A stretch of 64,000 nt of DNA. Source: Mobula hypostoma (Eukaryota). This document shows, in pieces, positions 12,001 through 21,475 of the stretch. The stretch covers positions 159,218,001 to 159,282,000 of the forward strand of contig NC_086097.1 of the NCBI RefSeq assembly GCF_963921235.1, in the 5' to 3' direction. The notes under the pieces were generated by a model that did not search any database, was not told the DNA's origin, and saw nothing but the letters and a program-made list of their open reading frames with translations. Position 1 is the stretch's first letter, and each line of letters opens with the position of its first letter. The position numbers and the translations under genes are program-made.

Positions 12001-15000
12001 ATGCACCAGTCATTGAAAGTGGACATGCAGGTACAGCAGGCGGTGAAAAAGGCGACTGGTATGCTGGCATTCATAGCAAGAGGATTCGACCACAGGAGCA
12101 GGGAGGTACTATTGCAGTTGTACAAGGCCTTGGTGAGACCACACCTGGAGTATTGTGTGCAGTTTTTGTCCCCTAATCTGAGGAAAAACATTCTTGCCAT
12201 AGAGGGAGTACAAAGAAGGTTCACCAGATTGATTCCTGGGATGGCAGAACATTCATATGATGAAAAATTGGATCGACTAGGCTTATACTCGCTGGAATTT
12301 AGAAGATTGAGGGGGGATCTTATTGAAACGTATAAAATCCTAAAGGGATTGGACAGGCTAGATGTAGGAAGATTGTTCCCAATGTTGGGGAAGTCCAGAA
12401 CGAGGGGTCACAGTTTGAGGATAAAGGGGAAGCCTTTTAGGACAGAGATGAGGAAAAACTTCTTCACACAGAGAGTGGTGAATCTGTGGAATTCTCTGCC
12501 ACAGGAAACAGTTGAGGCCAGTTCACTGGCTATACTTAAGAGGGAGTTAGATATGGCCCTTGTGGCTACGGGGATCAGGGGGTATGGAGGGAAGGCTGGT
12601 ATAGGGTTCTGAGTTGGATGATCAGCCATGATCATACTGAATGGTGGTGCAGGCTCGAAGGGCCGAATGGCCTATTCCTGCACCTATTTTCTATGTAAAA
12701 TATCTGGAAAACATGACAAATTCAACATTCAATCTGACAACAACAAAAAAACTGTCCCTTCAAAGATTCAGTCTGTCAGGAGGTTTACGAGTGCGCTGTA
12801 ATCTGTGCACTACCCCCGGTGACCCAGCAGGCACTGCTGGCGAGGGTGTTTTGAGTGGATCTGGTTTTGGGGGCATGAGAGGGGTCTGTGTGTCTGCTTG
12901 AGAATGTCCATCATCCTCAGGGGACCCCGACCTCTCTGCCAGCGTCCGCCATCTGGCAAAGTCACTGGTGGACATGCTTCCACCGTAGTCTGTCTCACAA
13001 ATGGAAACTCCATGGAACTGTCTGCCTCTGAGCTGGTATCATGGCGCAAGTGCACATGGTCCTGATGTCTGCGGAAAACACGCCCATCAGTCATCTTAAC
13101 AACATAGGAGATAGGACCACTCTGCTTAAGAATAACCCCAGGCAGCCATTTCTGATTGTTTCTCACATAGACATTGTCATCTGGTTTTAACTGTCTCTCT
13201 TGCACATGTTGATCATGTCCCTCCTTCTGCTTTTCCTGCTTTCTCTCCGCTTTCGCCTTCATATCCGGGCGTAGCAGGTCCAATCTTGACTTGGGCCCAC
13301 GCCCCATCAGCATCTCTGCTGGAGTGCGGGCTGTCGTAGTCTGTGGCGCGAGGCAGTATTTAAACAGGAAATGTGAAAGCCGAATGCTAAGAGAGTCCTC
13401 TGTCATCTGCTTCAGGTCTTCCTTCACTGTCTGAACAGCCCGCTCAGCCAAACCATTTGAGGCTGGGTGGAAAGGGGCCATCCGAGTGTGATGAATGCCA
13501 TTCTGTTGCATGAACTCACTGAACAGTTCACTGGTGAATGTCGGGACATTATCAGTGACCAGAGTGTCAGGCAACCCGTGGACTGCAAACACTTGCCTGA
13601 GTTTGTCTGTGGTTGAGGGGGCTGTGATGTTGTTCATGATGTGAGCTTTGATCCATTTAGAATGCGCATCTACCATTACAAGAAGCATCTGCCCCATAAA
13701 AGGGCCAGCAAAGTCCAAATATAGCCTAGACCAGGGGTGGTCTGGCCACTCCCATGGATGCAAAGGAGCTGGTGGTGGCATATTCTGATTAGTCTGACAT
13801 TGCGTGCATGATTTTACCTTGTTCTTCAGATCCTCATCCACTCCTGGCCATCAAACGTAGGATTTTGCAAGACTTTTCATTTGAGACACTCCCGGGTGAG
13901 TCTCATGAATTTCCTCCACAACCTGTGAATAGCCGGGGGAGGCACAATGACCCTCGTCCCCCCCAGAAAATGCAGTCATCCTGCAGACTGAGTTCTGTCT
14001 TGCGTTTGGCATAAGGCCTCAGTTCCTCTCCTTTCACAACTCTGGGCCAACCTTGTAAAAGAAAACTCTTGACTTGGGACAGGACTGGGTCCCTCTCTGT
14101 CCACTGCTTGATCTGGGTCACCTTTACAGGTGTTTCTGACAGCCTCTCCAATGAAAACACGGTCTCTGGAGGCACATATGTAGCAACAGGTGTCTCAGGT
14201 AAAGGTAGTCAACTCAGTGCATCAGCGTTTGCATTATCCCCACCCGCTCTGTAAACTATAGTGTACTGGTAGCTGACAATGTAAGAGCCCAATGCTGTAT
14301 CCTGGCTGAGGCTAGCAGTGGGATGCCTCTAGTCTCACTGAACAGGCTCATCAGTGGTTTATGGTCCGTATAAATTGTAAATACGCATCCATAAAGGTAC
14401 TGATGAAAGCGTTTGACTGCAAAAACAATGGCCAGACCTTCTTTGTCTAGCTGTGAATATCCCTTCTCAGCAGCTGTCAGGGTATGTGAAGCAAAACCAG
14501 TAGGCTTCTCTGACCGGTCCTCCATTACATGTGAGTGAACGGCCCTGACTCCATCGGGTGAGGCATCGCATGCAAGGGTGATCTCCCTGTCTGGGTCATA
14601 GTGAACAAGCAGCTTCGCTGAGTGGAGGAGTTCTTTCACTTCCTTGAAAGCTTTCTCCTGCTCTTCACCCTACTGCCACTTAGTGCCATTGTGAAGCAAC
14701 TTATACAGTGGGTCAAAACCCTTGAGAGGTCAGGAAGAAGCTTGCCATAATAATTCACCATGCCCAAAAATGATCTGAGTTCCGTGATGGTCTTAGGGCT
14801 TGGAGCTTCCTTAATAGCTCTTACTTTATTCTCCACAGGGCAAAGCCCCTCAGCTGTGATCTTGTGTCCCAGGTAAGTCACACTCGATGCCAGGAATACA
14901 CATACCCTTTTTAGCTAAATGTCCCTTTTTGCTACAAGCATGGCAGACAGTGTCTTTGAATTTGCAATCATTTGCATAGTGCATTCCTCCACACTGGAAA

Positions 15001-15910
15001 CATTCCACCCACCTTGCCTGTTTACCAGTCTCCCTCCTGACTTGGTGCACTGCAGCTGACTGCGACCCCCCCCCCATGTCCTTTCTGGATATCCTTGACA
15101 TTATTAGCAGCTATCTCCACGCCCTGGGCAATCTCTAAGTTTTTCTTGAAAGTCAGCAGAGGGGTTTTCCCAAACAGGCGGCATTGTATGCCGTCATTAT
15201 TAATGCTGCACACTAATCTATCACGGAGCATGTCTTCCAACACCGCTCCGAAATCACAACACTCCGACAGCTGCCGAAGCTCGACCACGAAATTGGCCAC
15301 AGACTGACCTGGCTTCCTGAAACGGCTGTGAAACTTACACCATTGGACTATCACAGAAGGTTTCGGATTGTAGTAGTCCCCCACGAGCATGATCAGTTCG
15401 TTATATGGAATGTCCCCTGCTTTCCGTGGTGTGGCTAAATTTCTTATTAGCTTGTAATTCTTTGCTCCACACACACTCAGGAGAATAGAGTACTTCTTAG
15501 TCTCTTCAGTAATTCCACTAGCACAGAAAAAGTGTCCCAACCTTTCCACATACTCCGGCCAGTCCTCGTTTCCTTCCAGGAATTCACTGATAGTTCCAAA
15601 TGTAGCCAACTGAAACGCGAAGCTCCCGTTCGAAAAATGCGCTCATACGTTCACAAAACCAGTTCACCTCGTCGCCAAAAATATGTGGTAACTTCTACCT
15701 TGAAAAAGGCACACTCGACAACTTCATGCCCAAGAAACAACTTTATCTCGAACTTCAAAACCGTTATGTCTACACAGAGGCTTTCACAACCCGTACGGCA
15801 TGGTAGGAACACTATATACAAAGCCCACTGGAAGTAAAAAGAACAGAATTAAAAACCCCCATTATCCTAATTAGTATTAACTTACTTTTAATAATGCTCA
15901 CATTACAACA
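9041..15910 (-). mobile_element. Ty3/Gypsy (Mag-type) LTR retrotransposon with protease and most of RT deleted
   Basis: LTRs at 9041-9267 and 15684-15910 (TG..CA). 5-bp TSD actgg (9036-9040, 15911-15915). PBS tggcgacgagg (15667-15677, minus). Polypurine tract about 9268-9283. gag 15022-15609 (EDWPEYVERL, LRDRLVCSI) and two CCHC-type knuckles (14850-15101). RT tail and RNase H (14256-14881; LACDAS, YSQLDKEGLA, TDHKPL). Integrase 12810-13841 (LDFAGPF, VTDN, SNGLAERAVQT). Confidence 0.95.
9400..12696 (+). mobile_element. CR1 LINE (end of ORF1 plus full-length but disrupted ORF2) inserted in the Gypsy 3' UTR
   Basis: ORF1 esterase motif WLEKWCKGEG...YKQDGLHL (about 9461-9580). AP endonuclease (NARSIRNK, ITETWL, IMGDFN, LGKSDHN) and RT (PGPDGLHP, YLDFQKAFDKVPH, FADD) across ORFs 10184-12612 with stops and frameshifts. 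3' tail cctattttctatg. Probable TSD aaaata. Confidence 0.95.
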
Positions 15911-17140
15911 ACTGGGAAAGTCTCGAAGATCGACCGGTTGGCGACTGTTGTAGCGTGGATGAAATTACCGGAGAGACAGAGTCACTGGTAGATACAAAGC
16001 AGCTTCTTTATTCGACACAACAAGCAGGCATCTTACGGACGGAGACGCTTTCCGCAGAAAGGTCTGCTAGCTCAATGTGGGCTCGATATTTATATGCTAA
16101 ACACAAAGGCAATCGCTACTTAAAAAGTTACAGACAATGCATAGACAATACTTCTTATTGAAGCTACATACAAACATCACACCTTCGGATTTCATCCTTT
16201 CCTTCCGATGCCAACATGTCTGGGTTGGTATCCACAGCCTTTAGTTCAATCCACAATACATTTATTTGTCATTTTACGTGCTAACATAGAAGACAATTAA
16301 TATTTATAATGTATAGATAATACTGTCTTCGAAACTACAGCATCAGGCACCAGAAGCATCTGGTATTTACACCTTTTAGGAAGCCCATTGTGGTGGACTC
16401 AATCCACAGTCATTTGTCAAACAGTTAAAATAGAAGTCTGGTGGCCAAAGTCATTTAAGTGTTAACAAATCATTACCCAAAAAGATATCCACTCTAACAG
16501 TCCCTCCTCTTGGCCCTCCTGGACAAATTAAATTTGTATCAGGAAAGGCCAACCTAGGAGGATCTGCTCAAATAGGGCAGCAAAAATGCCCTGTCTCGAA
16601 ATTCCCCCCCCCCCAATTTTATGTACCTTGATATCTATCCTAGCATTACCTACCAAATGTTAAGCAGAGAGGCTGTTCCAAGTCTTTAGGAATGCAGCTC
16701 CTTTCATGTGCCTGCAGGCTGACTGCATCTTAAATCACATTCCTTTGTCTTCAGCCCTTTATCCTCTGGTCGCTGAAACTCTTCTTCCAGGAGCACCCAC
16801 AGGCTCTCTCATCGATGTACAGGAAGGGGTTGGGGCAGCCTCTACGTAAATGTCTGCAAGGACCTCTCCCCGGTGGCACCCCCCTTCCGAACTGTCCGGT
16901 CAATCACTGGCCCAGCTGCTGAAAAGGGCTCAGCTCCGCAGACTCGAGTGACTGCTTTCAGATGCTGTGTGCAGCCTGAAATGCCATCGAAGTGGTGGAA
17001 CTTCCCATCTCTGCTTTAACTCAAACATCCCTCCCCATCTATCTCCCAAATTATTTTCTATACTATGCTATAAAATTAATCATCTACCTTCAGCAACCAG
17101 CCTTCTTTACAGAGTACCATCGTCAGCACACTTTAGCAGG

Positions 17141-18844
17141 CTATTCATGGTTTTCCAACACGTTCTCAGTGTCTTCTGCCACGCTGTCAGCGTTTTCTGC
17201 CTTTGCGTTTTCTCCGGGTGTGTTTTCATCAGCTGTGGTCAGGTCTGCCATGGCCGGCTGGTGTTCCTCTCTTAGGTTCTCTGTAATTACATGGTTACTG
17301 GGTACACTTGGTTCCCCACTCTGTCTGTGGGAGCAACAAGAGGGTGAGTTGTATGCTTTAACCTGAGCCAAGTGTTTCCACTGGCTGCCTTGCCGAGTCT
17401 GTACACAGACACACGGATCATTCGTTAAGAGTACCATCTGAGGTCCTATCCACCTGGGGGCAAATCCCGGCCTTTCTGACAGCACCCTCGCCATAACTTG
17501 GTCGCCGGGCTGTGGAAGAACTATCCCTTTTCCCTCTGGCTCTTTCTGATCAGCGATACGCTGTTGTTGTTTCGCTCGGTCCTTTAATACTTTAAGTTGA
17601 CAGTAACTTTTCCCCCTGCTTTTTGGCAGGGACCCTGTGCAGTCTATCTGGATGATTTCCCAGGGTCCCCTCGGCTGAGGCTGATTTGCCAGCTGTAGCT
17701 TTCTGCCCTCACCAGGGTTATGCTGGGCACAAGTGATACAACGGCGGCAGAATTTCTCAACATCCCCATGTGTCCAGCACCCACCTGGACCCTTCTTTGC
17801 TCCTTTTCTCCTCCATTTTCCCTTCTCTTCTGCCTCTACCTCTTCATATAATTTTACTAAGCTGGCTTCTGTCATTTCCTCCTGCACACTTGCAATTTCA
17901 ATTGCCTCTTGTTCCCCTGCTGCCTTATTTGCAGTAATGTCTGCCCTCGGAGGAACTGGGAAAACTTTATGTTCTAAAGTGGCCACAGTCTCTCTGAGTA
18001 TCCCCTGGTGTTTTTGTTCCTTCGCTATATCCTGAACAGTGGTCAGTGTGTCAGTTTGTATAGGATCCAGCTTCGGGGGTTTCAACAGACCTTCCTCTAT
18101 TTTAATTGGGTCTACCTCTACTTGTCCATAATCTTGCTTGTCTCTAGCCCACACAGCTGGGAACTGCTGACAAGGTAACCCATAGACACCATCCTGGCTC
18201 CGGTCTCTGGTGATTGGGGCAGCTGTGCCTATGCTAGCCAGGCCATGTATTCTGTTGGTTGTGCGCGTTCGCTGCCCCTGACTCGTCCATATTATTTCTC
18301 CCTTTCCTGAATCTATGGCGGCTCCTGCTTCCCTTAGGATGTCTATTCCAGGGATCATGCCCTCATTGTTTGGACATACCCAGAAATACACTGGAAGCTG
18401 CACTCCCCCGATTTCTAGTATTTGCTCCTCACTTCTTTCTGCTTTTACTGTTTTCCCTCCAACATCCCTGATATAACTGGCCTGTCCTATTGTTGGTGAG
18501 GGTAAGTCTGTTATCGATACCGATGCCCCTGTGTCCACTATCATATTGCATTGCCGTCCCCCTAACAATGCCGTTGTGTACATCCGCAGGTCACCAGCGC
18601 TGGCAGTGGATCCCGCTACCACATCTTTTTCTGCCTTAAGAGGCGCCGTTACTAACTCTTCTATCTGATCGACAGTCAGACTGTGTGCTGATGGGGTGAG
18701 TGACTGGGTGTCTGCTGTGACCTTTGCCAGGGTTTTCCCCCTCCCTTTTGGACACTGTCTCCAGCCATGTCCCGATAGGCCACAGCTGTAGCATATCAAC
18801 ACCTTCACTGCCTTATACCTGGTCCGGCAGTCCTTTGCAGGCAA
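17141..18844 (-). CDS. Proviral NC-protease-deleted pol fusion ORF (567 aa)
   Basis: CCHC knuckle CYSCGLSGHGWRQC, aspartic protease IVDTGAS, RT N-terminal stub (VWARDKQDYG...QGILRET), integrase Zn-finger tail CRRCITCAQHN, PWEIIQID and GPY/F-like C-terminus (PRWIGPQMVLL). No YxDD and no complete DDE core. Confidence 0.8.
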   Translation of the reverse strand: MPAKDCRTRYKAVKVLICYSCGLSGHGWRQCPKGRGKTLAKVTADTQSLTPSAHSLTVDQIEELVTAPLKAEKDVVAGSTASAGDLRMYTTALLGGRQCNMIVDTGASVSITDLPSPTIGQASYIRDVGGKTVKAERSEEQILEIGGVQLPVYFWVCPNNEGMIPGIDILREAGAAIDSGKGEIIWTSQGQRTRTTNRIHGLASIGTAAPITRDRSQDGVYGLPCQQFPAVWARDKQDYGQVEVDPIKIEEGLLKPPKLDPIQTDTLTTVQDIAKEQKHQGILRETVATLEHKVFPVPPRADITANKAAGEQEAIEIASVQEEMTEASLVKLYEEVEAEEKGKWRRKGAKKGPGGCWTHGDVEKFCRRCITCAQHNPGEGRKLQLANQPQPRGPWEIIQIDCTGSLPKSRGKSYCQLKVLKDRAKQQQRIADQKEPEGKGIVLPQPGDQVMARVLSERPGFAPRWIGPQMVLLTNDPCVCVQTRQGSQWKHLAQVKAYNSPSCCSHRQSGEPSVPSNHVITENLREEHQPAMADLTTADENTPGENAKAENADSVAEDTENVLENHE

Positions 18845-18904
18845 AACAAGCCCTCCGGAACATCACAGCAGCTGTATCCACTATACCCACTTGATGATTT
18901 CTCT

Positions 18905-19720
18905 AACAACAGGAATTCTGCAGATGCTGGAAATTCAAGCAACACACATCAAAGTTGCTGGTGAACGCAACAGGCCAGGCAGCATCTCTAGGAAGAGGTA
19001 CAGTCGACGTTTCAGGCCGAGACCCTTCGTCAGGACTAACTGAAGGAAGAGTTAGTAAGAGATTTGAAAGTGGGAGGGGGAGGGGGAGATCCAAAATGAT
19101 AGGAGAAGACAGGAGGGGGAGGGATGGAGCCAAGAGCTGGACAGGTGATTGGCAAAGGGGATATGAGAGGATCATGGGACAGGAGGTCCGGGGAGAAAGA
19201 CAAAGGCGGGGGGTAACCCAGATGATGGGCAAGGGGTATAGTCAGAGGGATAGAGGGAGAAAAAGGAGAGTGAGAGAAAGAATGTGTGTATAAAAATAAA
19301 TAATGGATGGGGTACGAGGGGGAGGTGGGGCATTAGTGGAAGTTAGAGAAGTCGATGTTCATGCCATCAGGTTGGAGGCTACCCAGACGGAATATAAGGT
19401 GTTGTTCCTCCAACCTGAGTGTGGCTTCATCTTTACAGTAGAGGAGGCTGTGGCTAGACATGTCAGAATGGGAATGGGATGTGGAATTAAAATGTGTGGC
19501 CACTGGGAGATCCTGCTTTCTCTGACGGAGAGAGCGTAGATGTTCAGCAAAGCGGTCTCCCAGTCTGTGTCGGGTCTTGCCAATATATAGAAGGCCACAT
19601 CGGGAGCACCGAACTCAGTATATCACCCCAGCTGACTCACAGGTGAAGTGTCGCCTCACCTGGAAGGACTGTCTGGGGCCCTGAATGGTGGTAAGGAGGA
19701 AGTGTAAGGGCATGTGTAGC
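18905..19720 (-). mobile_element. 5'-truncated Penelope-like element inserted in the proviral gag
   Basis: Reverse complement of about 44514-45327 (GIY-YIG region plus 3' end). 8-bp TSD atttctct at 18897-18904 and 19721-19728. Confidence 0.95.
19001..19038 (-). ncRNA. Minimal type I hammerhead ribozyme motif in the Penelope 3' end
   Basis: Minus strand reads tagtc-CTGACGA-agggtctcggcct-GAAA-cGTC-gactg, identical to 45195-45232. Confidence 0.85.
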
Positions 19721-19743
19721 ATTTCTCTTGACTTTTCTTTGGT

Positions 19744-20358
19744 CTATCTCACTGGGCATGAAACTATCTCAGAGTAGTTGGACCCTACCGTTATGCCTAA
19801 ATCTAAAACTCCTTGGTGGGCTGAGCTCAGGCCTTCCTTCAGCATTTTTAGGAAGATTTTGTTGTCCCTCCCTGGATTATCCAACCCTGAATACTCCTCG
19901 TACACTCGGTATTTACGTTCTGCATAATCCATGGCTGTCTCGTCAGCTTTTTGAATCACTGCCATTATCGTTCCCCAGCTACTCTCGCCTCCTCCCAGCC
20001 GCTGCCTCACTTCCCCTTTAAAGGAGCGAAATCTTTCTTCATTACTGGCGATCCTGGTAGTTGTCCATGTACCATCCCGCACCCCCTGGGCCATCCTGTC
20101 CCACATATTCCTCGGGCACTTGGCTTTCACTAACACATATATATGTTTAGGGTGCATCTGGTGAATTTCAACCATTTCCTCGAGTTTGCGCCAGAACTCT
20201 GAATTCCCACAGGCGACTTTAAGTGAGGACAGCTCGGACAAAATGCTCTGTTTCTCCCCGGGAGTGAAGGGCTTATGAACAGTCGTAATCAAGGTTAAGG
20301 GCTGGCTCGGATCATCAGGGTTCTCAACCTGACGTTGCCTGATCTCAATAGGTGCCAT
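19744..20358 (-). CDS. Proviral gag capsid-like ORF (204 aa)
   Basis: Lies downstream of the PBS and leader. HKPFTPGEKQSIL start motif and an MHR-like VIQKADETAMDYAERKYRVYEEYSGL. Gag-like sequence continues towards the zinc knuckles once the Penelope insertion and a frameshift are removed. Confidence 0.75.
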   Translation of the reverse strand: MAPIEIRQRQVENPDDPSQPLTLITTVHKPFTPGEKQSILSELSSLKVACGNSEFWRKLEEMVEIHQMHPKHIYVLVKAKCPRNMWDRMAQGVRDGTWTTTRIASNEERFRSFKGEVRQRLGGGESSWGTIMAVIQKADETAMDYAERKYRVYEEYSGLDNPGRDNKIFLKMLKEGLSSAHQGVLDLGITVGSNYSEIVSCPVR

Positions 20359-20874
20359 TCTGGTAGATTTTATCTGGGTAAAACCTCTTCCTGAGAATTC
20401 CCCGCACTAATTCCCACACTACGCAAAATATCATAGACGGGTAGCAGTTAAACAGTACAAACTTAAAACCACAGGGTATGTATTCCACAATCTGCCAATT
20501 TTCAGTACCCGAACTCATGATGCCTACTGTATTCCTTTGCATCGCACTTGCACATGCATACACTAAAATGCAGCTCCCCGAACGAGTATACACGCCCCTA
20601 CGCTGGCGTCTCGAAAGTCTCGAACCGTACCGTTGGTTACCACCTTTGGCAACCGGTGGTTCCAAATTAACATGCAAAGATTCCTCACTTACATAAACAC
20701 ACATGCACACGCACACACTACTTTTATATTTACCAGTTCAGCTCTCCGCGTTCGTGATTACCTCGAGACCCGTGCACCTCCGACCGAAAAGATCCAAGTG
20801 TGAGTGTTATTTTAGAAAAATACTCACCAACTTAGACTGCTAGGAACGCTGGCCACACGACGGGTCATGAAGGT

Positions 20875-20892
20875 ATCCCACTCCTGACACCA
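20875..20892 (-). promoter_or_regulatory. Primer-binding site complementary to the tRNA-Leu(CAG) 3' end
   Basis: tggtgtcaggagtgggat, 2 nt from the 5' LTR. Complement of ...atcccactcctgacacca, the vertebrate tRNA-Leu(CAG) 3' end as recalled. Confidence 0.85.
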
Positions 20893-21475
20893 AATGTTGT
20901 AACGTGGATGAAATTACCGGACAGACAGTCACTGGTAGATACAAAGCAGCTTCTTTATTCGACACAACAAGGTACAGCAGGCATCTTAACGGACGGAGAC
21001 GCTTTCCGCAGAAAGGTCTGCTAGCTAAATGTGGGCTCGATATTTATACGCTAAACACAAAGGCAATCGCTACTTAAAAAGTTACAGACAATGCATAGAC
21101 AATGCTTCCTTTTGAAGTTACATACAAACATCACACCTTCGGATCTCATCCTTTCCTTCTAATGCCAACATGTCTGGTTTGGTATCCACAGCCTTTAGTT
21201 CAATCCACAATACATTTATTTGGCATTTTACGTGCTAACATAGAAGACAATTAATATTTATAATGTATGGATAATACTGCCTTCGAAACTACAGCATCAG
21301 GCACCAGAAGCATCTGGTATTTACAACTTTTAGGAAGCCCATTGTGGTGGACTCAATCCACAGTCCTTTGTCAAACAGTTAAAATAGAAGTCTGGTGGCC
21401 AAGTCATTTAAGTGTTAACAAATCATCTATCCAAAAAGAAATCCACTCTAACAGCGACCACTACTGTAATGCATA

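Larger units (their letters stand above)
15946..21453 (-). mobile_element. Endogenous retrovirus-like provirus, internally deleted, no env
   Basis: LTRs 15946-16499 and 20895-21453 (TGTT..AACA, about 95% identical by eye). 5-bp TSD gcgac (15941-15945, 21454-21458). 18-nt PBS 20875-20892. Polypurine tract aagaggagggac (about 16500-16511). TATAAA and AATAAA in the LTR on the minus strand (16089-16094, 16007-16012). Splice-donor-like ggtgagta at 20821-20828. Confidence 0.92.
7223..21463 (+). mobile_element. Non-autonomous hAT (Buster/Charlie-like) DNA transposon, expanded to 14.2 kb by nested insertions
   Basis: Left TIR tagtggtcaccaacc (7223-7237). Right TIR ggttggcgac|cacta is split between 15936-15945 and 21459-21463. 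Perfect 8-bp TSD ctgtaatg at 7215-7222 and 21464-21471. Transposase C-terminal remnant KSMYRSCLTGRHLTDCLKLAACHYEPNFRELAESMQPQSSH* at 8539-8664. Confidence 0.9.

Noticed and set aside
16500..17140. Possible env gene between integrase and the 3' LTR
   Set aside because: Only about 640 bp with no minus-strand ORF of 60 aa or more and no signal peptide, furin site or TM pattern.
20875..20892. tRNA gene
   Set aside because: Only the 18-nt 3'-end complement next to an LTR, so a PBS rather than a cloverleaf. Same for 36219-36236.
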